From: Bacteroidota bacterium | GTDB lineage: Bacteria > Bacteroidota > Bacteroidia > Bacteroidales > VadinHA17 | DNA: 64,000 nucleotides | Direction: 5' to 3' | Assembly: GCA_018262715.1 (NCBI GenBank) | Contig: JADFDS010000040.1 | Location: 24,340-88,339 of the forward strand | Part shown: piece after piece, positions 37,271-46,163 of the stretch | How positions within the stretch are numbered: the first letter of the stretch is position 1 | Layout: the number at the start of each line of letters is the position of its first letter | Made by a program: the position numbers and the translations under genes | Notes under the pieces: generated by a model | What the model was told of the DNA's origin: nothing | The model's input: only the letters and a program-made list of their open reading frames with translations | The model's database searches: none

Positions 37271-39264
37271 CAGATTATTTTGAGCATTGCCAGCAACAAT
37301 ACAAGCAACATGAAGACAAATGCATAGAGAATATAATGTCTTATCTGACCGGTCTGCATCACGGCTATCCTTTTAAGCAATCCCGAGACCAGGTCAACCG
37401 GCCTGTCTACAAGGTGTCGCTTGAAGAGGTCATCGCTGTGCGAAAGGAATTTCCTCCCATGAGGGAATATCTCATCCTCTCCGATCTCTTCAATTTCCTT
37501 CCTGGTCTGCAGCAATGGCTTGGCGATGTGGTTATAGTTGTAGGCGAACGATGTTGCTGTATACTGTTGCTTCGCTGACCCGGCCGTATAGCCGCAGCCC
37601 CAGGTGGGGCCGGTTTCCACCACGCGCCGGCTCAGGTGATACCTCCGGTAGAGCAGAAGCACGGCAACAGTGACGACAAATATCCCTCCTGCCAGGCTGA
37701 GCTGAGCCAGATTGGCGGTGAAGGCTCCGGAGACCAGTGGCTGTGCGCCCAGGTTCCATATCTGCCCGACAATGCCAAAAACCGGTTTCACCACCAGCGG
37801 TGATCCAAGCCCGATAAAGATGATCATGGCTGCAGTGGCCAGCTGCGGATAAATCATGGATTTTCCCGCCTCACGGGCATGTCCGGCCTGATCTGACCTC
37901 GGCTCGCCAAGAAACACGATTCCGAAAGCCTTGGTGAAGCAGAAGATAGCAAGTCCGCCAATAAGTGACAATGCTGCAATTGACCCCACAATGAGTATGG
38001 AGTGGAAGAGATTGGCACCGGAAAGGCTGCCGAACATCCCCATATATATCAGGTATTCAGAGATAAAACCGTTGAACGGCGGCAGTCCGCAGATAGCCAG
38101 CGATCCGGTCAGAAACAGGATGGCAGTCCATGGCATCCGTTTCATCAGGCCTCCCGTTTGCTCCATATTGCGAGTATGGGCAGCCAGGTAAACAGAGCCG
38201 GCATTAAAGAAGAGCAGTGACTTGAAAAGAGAATGATTCAGGACGTGGAGAAGGCCTCCTGAATAGCCAAGCAGGGAAAGGGTATGATTGCCTGTTGCCT
38301 GGCCTATGACTCCCAGGCCGAGACCAATTCCGATAATGCCTATGTTCTCGATGCTGTGATAGGCGAGCAGCCTTTTAAGGTCATGCTGGACTATAGCCAT
38401 CATCACACCCAGGACTCCTGATACGAGAGATATAATCAGGATAATGACACCCGTGACCAGCAGGTCTGACTGCATTGCAGCCAGTACCCTTACGATACCG
38501 TAAATGCCCATCTTGATCATCACCCCTGACATCACCCCTGAGACATGTGACGGGGCAGCCGGATGCGCCTCAGGAAGCCATGTGTGCAGCGGAATGAATC
38601 CGGCCTTGATGGCAAAACCGGCAAAGAAGAGCAGGAATACCGGGAGGTTTCGGTGTCTGCCAAAATATTCACCGAGTGCGTCGAAGCTCATCCTTCCTGT
38701 ATCCTGCTGTACAATCAGGAATGCGACAAGAATGAAGAACATGCCCACATGCATCTGGATGAGATAGCTGATTCCTGTCTTCATGATGCTCCTCTCTTCC
38801 GCATCGAAGATCACGAGGAAGAACGATGAGAGAGCCATTATCTCCCATACTATCAGGAAAGAAAGCCCGTCACGCACCATCACAACCATAAGCATTGAAA
38901 TCCACAGCCACAGGTATGAGAAGTAATGGATTGAAAAACGGAGAGCGTTCATCCGGGCACGGTAAGGCTCAAGATACCCCCTGGCGTAGAGGAACCCGAC
39001 AAGTACGGTAAAATTGATGACAAGAATGAAAAAAGCAGAAAGACTGTCAATTACCAGCACCATCCTGGTGCCTGTTGCCGCAGTGAACAGGGATAATTCG
39101 CAGGTCTGCCCGGCGTCTGGAAGCACACCTGTACACCATGATGTGGAAAGTGCAATCCCTGCTGTCAGGAGGCCCAGGGTAAAGTAATACTTCAGCCATT
39201 CAGGCACTGCAAAGACGAACAGTGAGAGAAGCAAGATGACCAGAAAGGCTGTTGATCCAAACAT
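37270..39264 (-). CDS. HyfB/HycC/NuoL-like antiporter-type membrane subunit
   Basis: 664 aa, polytopic. Blocks WEIMALSSF, GFAIKAGFIPLHTWLPEAHPAAPS, LLAYHSIENIG and NHSLFKSLLF. Its stop overlaps the next gene's ATG by 1 nt (TGATG). Confidence 0.9.
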   Translation of the reverse strand: MFGSTAFLVILLLSLFVFAVPEWLKYYFTLGLLTAGIALSTSWCTGVLPDAGQTCELSLFTAATGTRMVLVIDSLSAFFILVINFTVLVGFLYARGYLEPYRARMNALRFSIHYFSYLWLWISMLMVVMVRDGLSFLIVWEIMALSSFFLVIFDAEERSIMKTGISYLIQMHVGMFFILVAFLIVQQDTGRMSFDALGEYFGRHRNLPVFLLFFAGFAIKAGFIPLHTWLPEAHPAAPSHVSGVMSGVMIKMGIYGIVRVLAAMQSDLLVTGVIILIISLVSGVLGVMMAIVQHDLKRLLAYHSIENIGIIGIGLGLGVIGQATGNHTLSLLGYSGGLLHVLNHSLFKSLLFFNAGSVYLAAHTRNMEQTGGLMKRMPWTAILFLTGSLAICGLPPFNGFISEYLIYMGMFGSLSGANLFHSILIVGSIAALSLIGGLAIFCFTKAFGIVFLGEPRSDQAGHAREAGKSMIYPQLATAAMIIFIGLGSPLVVKPVFGIVGQIWNLGAQPLVSGAFTANLAQLSLAGGIFVVTVAVLLLYRRYHLSRRVVETGPTWGCGYTAGSAKQQYTATSFAYNYNHIAKPLLQTRKEIEEIGEDEIFPHGRKFLSHSDDLFKRHLVDRPVDLVSGLLKRIAVMQTGQIRHYILYAFVFMLLVLLLAMLKII

Positions 39265-39283
39265 TAATCCGGCAATTTGCCCG

Positions 39284-39291
39284 CAAATGTA
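39284..39291 (-). promoter_or_regulatory. Candidate -7 promoter box TACATTTG for the Hyf/Ech-like operon
   Basis: Reverse complement of 39284-39291 is TACATTTG (TAnnTTTG), with 19 nt between the box and the ATG at 39264. Confidence 0.45.
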
Positions 39292-39326
39292 AAAAATATA
39301 TTATCCGGTTATACTTTAAACCGGAT
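39292..39326 (-). terminator. Candidate rho-independent terminator of the upstream GH109-like gene
   Basis: Read on the minus strand: ATCCGGTT-TAAAGTAT-AACCGGAT (39326-39303), followed by AATATATTTTTT. Confidence 0.45.
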
Positions 39327-39344
39327 TAAGTCAGAACTGACCGG

Positions 39345-40808
39345 TTATATCTCCAGCTGGTTGTTGCCGCCCTTGAGGCCTATCACCATTGTATTTCCGC
39401 CTGCCGGGATGTTGGGGTCAAAAGGAAGATTTGCCTTGTATGATCCGCAGGTAAAGTCCGGTACATCAATTGATGACGACCTGTTTGCCACTGACCATTC
39501 GCTGAGAGGGGTGATAACGCTCCAGAGGGCGGCGTCATAGACATCCTGGTCGAGAGGCAGTCCGTTTCGCAGGCAGTCTATCAGCCTCCAGTCCATGATG
39601 AAGTCCATCCCGCCGTGACCACCTATGACCTTTGCCATCTCTCCCACCCTTTTAACAATCTCAGGTGTGTACTGAGCCTCAAGGGCAGCCTGATCCTCAG
39701 GTTTCAGCCATGAATGGCCGAGGGCTATCCTTGCCGGTGATGGCCACTTCTGGGCAAATCCTTTGGTGCCGCTGACGAGATGTATCCTCGAATATGGCCT
39801 CGGGCTTGAAACGTCATGCTGGATCATAATGCTCCTTCCGAGTGCCGTCTTTACCAGAGTGGTGTTCATGTTGCCACGGTAACTCTTCCCGGCAAATGGA
39901 GCATAAAACGGGTCCTCCTTTGCCAGTTGTTCCAGCTCCGGTCCCATGGCGAAATCATTTGATGAGAGTGATGTCAGGTATTCCATCCTGTCACCCCTGT
40001 TGATGTTCATTATCTGACAGACCGGTCCCAGGCCATGGGTCGGGTAAAGGTCGCCGTTGCGCACATTTTCCTTCAGCCTCCACATGTCAGCATAACCGTT
40101 CTTATCATAGGTGAAGTCCCATCGCAGGTCATGGATATAAGCCCCCTCCCCGTGCACTATGTCGCCAAAGAGTCCCTGGCGTGCCATGTTAAGTGTCAGC
40201 AGCTCAAAAAAGTCATAGCAGCAGTTTTCAAGCTGCATGCAGTGTTTCTTTGTCCGCTCGGATACCTCAACAAGTTGCCAGCACTCCTCCACAGTCTTTG
40301 CAGCGGGTACTTCCACCGCCACATGCTTGCCTGCTTCCATGGCATAGACAGCCATAGGGGTGTGCCATGCCCAGGGTGTGCAAATGTAAACAAGGTCGAT
40401 GTCGGGGTCATCACACAATCCTTTCCATGCTTCCTCGCTGCCGCTGAAGCCCTTTGCCTGTGGCAGCCCGAACTTTGTGAGCATCGCCTGCGCCTTTTCA
40501 ACCCTGTCGGGATACTTGTCGCAGAGCGAAGCTATCTCTACCCCTTCTATGTGTGCCATCCGCTCGACGGCACCCGGACCCCTCATTCCGAGGCCGATGA
40601 AACCTATCCTGATTTTTCCCAGCGGCGGAGCAGCATAGCCTGACATGTTGAAGCTCTGGTTGTGTACGGCCATTGCTGCCGCCCTGACCTCTGCCATGGC
40701 TTCGGTTGATTTTTCTCGGCGGACACATGAGGATGTACTGACAGCCGTCAGAGTTCCTGCTCCGGCAACTGCAGCAGTGCGGAGAAAATTCCTTCTGTTG
40801 GTTTTCAT
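39345..40808 (-). CDS. Tat-exported Gfo/Idh/MocA family oxidoreductase, GH109-like
   Basis: Twin-arginine signal MKTNRRNFLRTAAVAGAG. Rossmann motif RIGFIGLGMRGPG. Length and architecture resemble NAD-dependent GH109-type enzymes. ATG 40808 preferred over 40850. Confidence 0.8.
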   Translation of the reverse strand: MKTNRRNFLRTAAVAGAGTLTAVSTSSCVRREKSTEAMAEVRAAAMAVHNQSFNMSGYAAPPLGKIRIGFIGLGMRGPGAVERMAHIEGVEIASLCDKYPDRVEKAQAMLTKFGLPQAKGFSGSEEAWKGLCDDPDIDLVYICTPWAWHTPMAVYAMEAGKHVAVEVPAAKTVEECWQLVEVSERTKKHCMQLENCCYDFFELLTLNMARQGLFGDIVHGEGAYIHDLRWDFTYDKNGYADMWRLKENVRNGDLYPTHGLGPVCQIMNINRGDRMEYLTSLSSNDFAMGPELEQLAKEDPFYAPFAGKSYRGNMNTTLVKTALGRSIMIQHDVSSPRPYSRIHLVSGTKGFAQKWPSPARIALGHSWLKPEDQAALEAQYTPEIVKRVGEMAKVIGGHGGMDFIMDWRLIDCLRNGLPLDQDVYDAALWSVITPLSEWSVANRSSSIDVPDFTCGSYKANLPFDPNIPAGGNTMVIGLKGGNNQLEI

Positions 40809-40947
40809 GGTTAGGTAAGTTTCGAAATGGATTATGTATGCAATATACAATGTTTCCGATTACAATATTATGTCCGCGGCTGGAAGTCAAATGGCTTAAA
40901 GGGGGCACCCGGGCCGGGCTTCTCGGAATGAGCCGGACAGCCACTTC

Positions 40948-41181
40948 TCAGTGGCCTTCCTGTTCCGGCGGTCTCTTTCTCTTCCTGATGAGATCACCTG
41001 CCACTGATCCGGCCAGATAACCTAGCACGGCAGCCAATGGTATCATCAGGTACCAGTTTGACTTGATGGAGCATGTTCCGGAGACGCATCCGACATATTT
41101 CCAGTATAGAAATCCTCCTGCTGCCCCTGCAACCGTGCCGATTATTTCCGGAAGATATTTCCTGAGAAGATCTTTTTTCAT
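40948..41181 (-). CDS. Small two-TM membrane protein with GCxSGxC motif
   Basis: 77 aa with two glycine-rich helices flanking YVGCVSGTCSI. Its start overlaps the stop of the upstream glycosyltransferase gene by 4 nt. Confidence 0.6.
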   Translation of the reverse strand: MKKDLLRKYLPEIIGTVAGAAGGFLYWKYVGCVSGTCSIKSNWYLMIPLAAVLGYLAGSVAGDLIRKRKRPPEQEGH

Positions 41182-42314
41182 TTTATGCTGTTTTCTTTAA
41201 TAACCCTTATGAACAGGTCACGTTCCGCTATTTGTTCCTTTTCCCAGGAAAGTTCTTCTGCAGCACTGAGGGCATTCCCCTTCAGATCTGAGAGTAACTG
41301 CTGGTCATCCCTGAGCAATGAAAGTGCACCGGCAATTGCCCGGGGCGTCAGCTCATCAAGCACCAGGCCGCATCTGTACTTCGCGATTATGGCTGACACC
41401 TCAGGCAGCGGGGAAACGATCACAGGCACTCCTGCACCTATGGTATCGAATAGTTTATTGGGCAGACTGAAGCGCTGATTGGCACAGGTGTCTGCGTCGA
41501 TTGATAAACCTGCATCACAGCACTTTATAAAGCCCATCATCTCTTCCCATCTCATTCTTGGCAGGAAGATGACTTTGTGATCAATGCGCTGGTTCTGCAC
41601 CTGTTGCCTGGCCTCCTCAATTCTTTTGCCGGTACCAATGATAACAAGCTTCACATTTTCAAGAAGCGTCATTGCCTCAAGCAGTTCTGACACACCCCTG
41701 CCCGGATTATCACCGGAGCCATCCTGAAATACCACAAGCAGGTCATCTGCCGAGGCAGCCAGATTGCGGCGCTGATACGGCAGGATATTCAATACAGGCA
41801 TGGGAAGGTTTCTGATCACAACCGGTTCACATCCGTACTCCTGGCTGTAAATTTCTGCTAATGAATCAGATACCGTCATCATGTAACGCACCTTGGGCAG
41901 CAGCCTGCGCTCAGCGTTCTTCCAGAGAGAGCGCTTGAACTTTCTTTCAGTGAGGCTGTATTGCCCGGTAAAATATTCATGTGCATCGTACACAAGCGGT
42001 CTCCTGAATAAACGCGAAACCATATGACACGGAATCATTGTGTCAAGATCATTGGCGATATACAAGTCAGCTCTCCTCAGCAATAAAAGCCTGAACAATA
42101 AGGCCACATTGAACCATAAATACATCATCGGCCCCTTCCTGAAAGGCACCCTGATCATTGCCACGGCTGCTGAAGGAAGAGAAAGAGGCAAAGAGCCTTC
42201 CATGTGCCTCCCGATGAGCGTCACGCTGAAGCCCATCGATGAAAGCACAGCTGAATGCTTCTGAACCCGCATATCAGTTGACAGATCACTGATGACTGCA
42301 ACTATTGCCCTCAT
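41178..42314 (-). CDS. Glycosyltransferase, GT4-like (GT-B fold)
   Basis: Length and C-terminal GT-B pattern (CDAGLSIDADTCANQRFSLPNKLFDTIGAGVPVIVSPLPE). ATG 42314 preferred over TTG 42332. Confidence 0.75.
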   Translation of the reverse strand: MRAIVAVISDLSTDMRVQKHSAVLSSMGFSVTLIGRHMEGSLPLSLPSAAVAMIRVPFRKGPMMYLWFNVALLFRLLLLRRADLYIANDLDTMIPCHMVSRLFRRPLVYDAHEYFTGQYSLTERKFKRSLWKNAERRLLPKVRYMMTVSDSLAEIYSQEYGCEPVVIRNLPMPVLNILPYQRRNLAASADDLLVVFQDGSGDNPGRGVSELLEAMTLLENVKLVIIGTGKRIEEARQQVQNQRIDHKVIFLPRMRWEEMMGFIKCCDAGLSIDADTCANQRFSLPNKLFDTIGAGVPVIVSPLPEVSAIIAKYRCGLVLDELTPRAIAGALSLLRDDQQLLSDLKGNALSAAEELSWEKEQIAERDLFIRVIKENSIK

Positions 42315-42389
42315 ATTCTGTCCGTTACACAAAACACCATTTATACAAATGCTGTTAAAATTGGTGTAAGATACAAAGAAAATTATAGC

Positions 42390-42397
42390 TATGTTTG
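42390..42397 (+). promoter_or_regulatory. Candidate -7 promoter box TATGTTTG
   Basis: Exact TAnnTTTG match with 19 nt between the box and the ATG at 42417. Confidence 0.4.
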
Positions 42398-42416
42398 TGC
42401 ATTGTTTGAATGCTTA

Positions 42417-43565
42417 ATGGAGAGAGCTCCCGCCAAAAGAATAGTCCATCTTGTGAGTTTCAACATCCCTTACCCTCCTGACTACGGTGGCATAATGGAT
42501 GTTTTCTACAAGATCTCCGCCCTTAAGAGACAGGGTGTCGGGGTAATACTCCACTGTTTCAGCTATGGGCGCGGCCGTTCAAGAACACTTGAACGCGAAT
42601 GCCTCAGGGTACATTACTACAGGAGGGAGCTGAATCTTTTTCACCTCTTCCGTAAGGAGCCGTTCATCGTGGTTTCACGCAGGAACGATATGCTCCTCAA
42701 AGACCTTCTGACCGACAGCCACCCGATAATTTTCGAAGGGTTGCATACAACCCATTTCCTGGGCCATAAGGCCTTGGAAGGAAGGATCACAATGGTGCGG
42801 ACTCATAACATCGAGCATGTCTACTACCGCAACCTGGCCTCGAATGAGAAAAATCCCTTCAGGAAGCTTTATTACAGCACTGAAGCCAGGAAGCTCGAGC
42901 GGTACGAACCGAAGCTCGCAGGTGCCACATGGCTGCTGTCAATTTCTCCGGGCGACACAGAATATTTCAGTTCAAAGTATGGCAATGCAATGTTTGTCGG
43001 TCCTTTCCATCCGGCAGACGGATCATTTCCTGGCAACGGCAGGGGTGATTATGTACTGATGCATGGTGATTTCTCCACTGCCGAGAATGATGCTGCTGCA
43101 CTGTATATTCTGAAGGAGGTGGCCTCTCACTGGAAATACCGGACTGTCATTGCCGGCAAGAGACCGTCGGCAGAACTGTCGGACGCAGCCTCGGCATTAA
43201 GGCATGTGAAACTGGTTCCAAACCCTTCACTGACCCAGATGAATGAACTCATCGCAAATGCTCAGGTATGCCTTCTGAACGCCACCCAGCCTACCGGCAT
43301 GAAACTGAAGCTCATTAATGCGCTCACCACCGGCCGTCACGTCGTGGCCTCACCTGCAATCGTATCAGGGACAGGACTTGGAGAACTATGCCATGTGGCT
43401 ATCAAGCCAGGGGAATGGATAAGTCTGACTGACAGTCTGATGAAAGAGGATTTTACCGGTGCCATGAGGGCCAGGCGCAACCTCCTTCTGAAGGAAGTGG
43501 CTGACAATGACAACAATGCAAAGAAAATAGTCGAGACAATCGACAGTTACAATCCTGAATTATAG
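42417..43565 (+). CDS. Glycosyltransferase, GT4-like
   Basis: N-terminal VHLVSFNIPYPPDYGG, typical of GT4-type N-terminal domains. C-terminal GT-B pattern (GMKLKLINALTTGRHVV). ATG 42417 preferred over TTG 42402. Confidence 0.75.
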   Translation: MERAPAKRIVHLVSFNIPYPPDYGGIMDVFYKISALKRQGVGVILHCFSYGRGRSRTLERECLRVHYYRRELNLFHLFRKEPFIVVSRRNDMLLKDLLTDSHPIIFEGLHTTHFLGHKALEGRITMVRTHNIEHVYYRNLASNEKNPFRKLYYSTEARKLERYEPKLAGATWLLSISPGDTEYFSSKYGNAMFVGPFHPADGSFPGNGRGDYVLMHGDFSTAENDAAALYILKEVASHWKYRTVIAGKRPSAELSDAASALRHVKLVPNPSLTQMNELIANAQVCLLNATQPTGMKLKLINALTTGRHVVASPAIVSGTGLGELCHVAIKPGEWISLTDSLMKEDFTGAMRARRNLLLKEVADNDNNAKKIVETIDSYNPEL

Positions 43566-43573
43566 GCTTATCC

Positions 43574-44599
43574 CTACTGGTATATCCTTCTCCTGTTAAG
43601 TTCGCGCCTGTAGGCAGCGGCATACCTGTTGTGCTCGGCCAGCGTTCTGGAAAAATGGTGATAACCTGATCCGTCATACCTCGCAACGAAGAATAGATAT
43701 TCATGTTTTTCCGCATTTAAAACAGCATCAAGGCCTGAGCGTGACGGACACCGTATCGGTCCCGGTGGCAAACCTGCATACTTATATGTGTTGTAGGGTG
43801 AGTCAACTTCAAGGTGCCTGTTGAGGATGCGTCTGAGTGTGAAGTCATTGACTGCGAACTTCACCGTCGGATCAGCCTGAAGCGGCATTCCGAGGCGAAG
43901 CCTGTTGAGATAAACCCCGGCAATTCGTGACTTTTCATCCTCTCGCGAGGCTTCCTCGTCAACGATGGAGGCCAGAACAGACACCTCCGGCGGTGTAAGC
44001 CCCAGTGATTCAGCCTTCGCAGTCCGGTCATCATTCCAGTAGTCGCGGTACTCCTTCAGCATGCGCCGGTAAAAACCGCGGGGGTCAACTGACCAGTACA
44101 ATTCATATGTATCAGGAATGAACACTGCTATCAGTGTTCCGCGGGTAAACCCGTCAGCTGAGTAATTGGACTCATCATGGAAGAATTCCGCCAGGGATGC
44201 TGAATCTGCCTCTATCTGCCCTCCTGTTTTGCCTGCAAGCTCCTCAAGGGTTCTTATATTGTTGAACGTGACGTTTACAGGGGTCTGGCGGCCCGAGCGC
44301 AGCATGTTGACAAGGCTGTTGTTGCTCATCCCGGGTTCAATGACATATGAACCAGGCTTGACTGTTTTTCCGAAAGACTTGAGCCGCGAGGTGATTATGA
44401 AGCTTTCCCTGCTCCGCAGGAGATCAGCTCTCTCCAGCGTATCAGTCAGAGCCCTGAAATCTGACCCGGTGGGTAGATATATCCTGACCGGTTCATCATG
44501 CTTCACATTCTCCCTGAGCACTATAACCCACAGAAGCAGTACCAGCACAAAACCGGCAGCAAGGAGAGTGTAAAAAAGTGTCAGAAGTATCTTTCTCAT
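43574..44599 (-). CDS. mltG: Endolytic murein transglycosylase MltG (YceG-like)
   Basis: N-terminal TM anchor. YceG motifs LASIVDEEA, LQADPTVKF and YNTYKYAGLPPGPIRCP. ATG 44599 (MRKILLTLF) avoids overlap with cls. Confidence 0.9.
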   Translation of the reverse strand: MRKILLTLFYTLLAAGFVLVLLLWVIVLRENVKHDEPVRIYLPTGSDFRALTDTLERADLLRSRESFIITSRLKSFGKTVKPGSYVIEPGMSNNSLVNMLRSGRQTPVNVTFNNIRTLEELAGKTGGQIEADSASLAEFFHDESNYSADGFTRGTLIAVFIPDTYELYWSVDPRGFYRRMLKEYRDYWNDDRTAKAESLGLTPPEVSVLASIVDEEASREDEKSRIAGVYLNRLRLGMPLQADPTVKFAVNDFTLRRILNRHLEVDSPYNTYKYAGLPPGPIRCPSRSGLDAVLNAEKHEYLFFVARYDGSGYHHFSRTLAEHNRYAAAYRRELNRRRIYQ

Positions 44600-44610
44600 C
44601 GGGTACGAAT

Positions 44611-46092
44611 TTAATAGAGAGGCCCGAATATCCGTGCCAGTGACTCCCTGTATCTCTCCCTCCTGTTTCGTTTTGACCACTCCTGAATGGTTACCTCGGC
44701 ACAGTTCTTAAGGTCCTCGGCGAAGAGCACCCCCAGGCGGAGTGCAAAATCTTCATCATAAATCAGGGCGGTAACCTCGAAGTCAAGGTCGAAACTCCGG
44801 ACATCAACGTTGGGAGACCCCACTGAGGAAAAGATGCTGTCAACCAGCAGGTATTTGGAATGGATGAACCCGTTGCGGTACAGGAAGATCCTGACACCCG
44901 CCTCGAGCAACTCCATGATATAGGAACGGGTGTTCCAGTTTGCAATAATCGAATCTGAATTTTCAGGAAATATCATTCTCACATCAACACCGCTCAGGGC
45001 AGCGGTCTTCAGGGCTGTCAGCAGACTCTCGTCAGGACTGAAGTACGGTGAAGTCAGGTATATTGACGATTTTGCCGTAGCAATTGCAGAAAAATAAACC
45101 TGCATTATCGTGGCCCAGTCAGTATCAGGTCCGCTGGAGGCGACCTGGACCAGGCACCTGTTGCCTGTGCGGACCACATGCTCAAGTGAACCGTCCGGCG
45201 GCAGTTCCTCGCCGCTCACAAAATCCCAGTCGGCCAGGAAAACCCTGTCAAGTGCTGCAACGGCTTCACCCTCAACCCTCAGATGGGTATCAACCCAGGG
45301 TCCAAGGTGAGGCAGGCCGTGCAGATACTTGTCTGCAATATTCAGCCCGCCCACAAAACCAACCTTCCCGTCAACCACCAGTATTTTCCTGTGGTTCCGG
45401 TAGTTGATCTTGCTTGAGAAGCTGGGGAAACGAACCGGAAGGAACGGAAATATCTGCACCCCGGCATCACGCATCATGTTTATAAAAGGTTTGCGGATGT
45501 TCCAGCTGCCGACATCGTCATAGATGACCCTGACCTTTACCCCTTCCCTTGCCTTGCGCATCATCAGCTCACTGAATTCCATCCCGATGGTGTCAGGTTC
45601 AAAACGGTAGAACTCAAGGTGTATAAAGCCGGTGGCCGATGCCACGGCGTCAAGCATGGCGGGAAACGTCTGGCTGCCGTTTACCAGCAGGTCAATCTGG
45701 TTGTCAAGGGTAAGCAGTGACCGGTTATTCCTGAGCATCAGGTGTATGAGATGACTCTTGGACCTGATTGCATCACTCTCGCCGGCCAGCACCGATGAGA
45801 GCAGCCTGACCTGGCGATCGGCATGGTCGGTCAGCCTGGCGCTGTCAGCCATGCTCTTCCGGGTATACATCTTCTGCTTCCGGTAGTTCTTGCCGAAAAA
45901 GAAATAGACGATGATCCCCACAACGGGAACAAACAGGATCACCAGCAGCCATGAAAGGGTCTTGAGAGGATTGCGGTTCTCAAAGACAATCATCAGGCAA
46001 ATGGCAAAAACAGCTATCAGATAGATAACTGTGAGGACATTTCTGATAATATAGATAGTGTTCCCTGCCAGGATCATCCTGCTTCCGTTCAC
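44611..46092 (-). CDS. cls: Cardiolipin synthase (PLD superfamily)
   Basis: Two N-terminal TM helices and two HKD motifs (HRKILVVDGKVGFVGGLN and HSKYLLVDSIFSSVGSPN). Confidence 0.9.
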   Translation of the reverse strand: MNGSRMILAGNTIYIIRNVLTVIYLIAVFAICLMIVFENRNPLKTLSWLLVILFVPVVGIIVYFFFGKNYRKQKMYTRKSMADSARLTDHADRQVRLLSSVLAGESDAIRSKSHLIHLMLRNNRSLLTLDNQIDLLVNGSQTFPAMLDAVASATGFIHLEFYRFEPDTIGMEFSELMMRKAREGVKVRVIYDDVGSWNIRKPFINMMRDAGVQIFPFLPVRFPSFSSKINYRNHRKILVVDGKVGFVGGLNIADKYLHGLPHLGPWVDTHLRVEGEAVAALDRVFLADWDFVSGEELPPDGSLEHVVRTGNRCLVQVASSGPDTDWATIMQVYFSAIATAKSSIYLTSPYFSPDESLLTALKTAALSGVDVRMIFPENSDSIIANWNTRSYIMELLEAGVRIFLYRNGFIHSKYLLVDSIFSSVGSPNVDVRSFDLDFEVTALIYDEDFALRLGVLFAEDLKNCAEVTIQEWSKRNRRERYRESLARIFGPLY

Positions 46093-46108
46093 ATACTACC
46101 GTAAATAT

Positions 46109-46149
46109 AAAAAAAGAACTCTTCCGGCAGACTGCGGAAGAGTTCTTTT
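46109..46149. terminator. Strong bidirectional rho-independent terminator (ends the 46164-46781 gene)
   Basis: 15-bp perfect stem AAAAGAACTCTTCCG (46112-46126) / CGGAAGAGTTCTTTT (46135-46149) with an 8-nt loop. A/T runs on both flanks. Confidence 0.7.
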
Positions 46150-46163
46150 ATATGTCACGGATA

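Noticed and set aside
32003-39264. Annotating the operon as a functional hydrogenase-4 / Ech-type [NiFe]-hydrogenase or formate hydrogenlyase
   Set aside because: Gene order and folds match. However, the large subunit lacks both CxxC ligand pairs, and the small subunit lacks 3 of 4 proximal-cluster cysteines. No fdhF, hyp or hycI genes are in the window.
40035-40643. 202-aa plus-strand ORF, plus similar long shadow ORFs at 15731-16366 (-), 7072-7584 (+) and 49617-50069 (-)
   Set aside because: Each lies antisense to a gene with strong motif support (GH109-like, C25 peptidase, secreted protein, ssb). They are expected by chance at this GC content.
44600-44680. Long N-terminal extension of mltG (start at 44680) overlapping the end of cls by 70 nt
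   Set aside because: The extension precedes the membrane anchor and has no hydrophobic or conserved character. ATG 44599 gives the typical MltG N-terminus (MRKILLTLF...) with no overlap.
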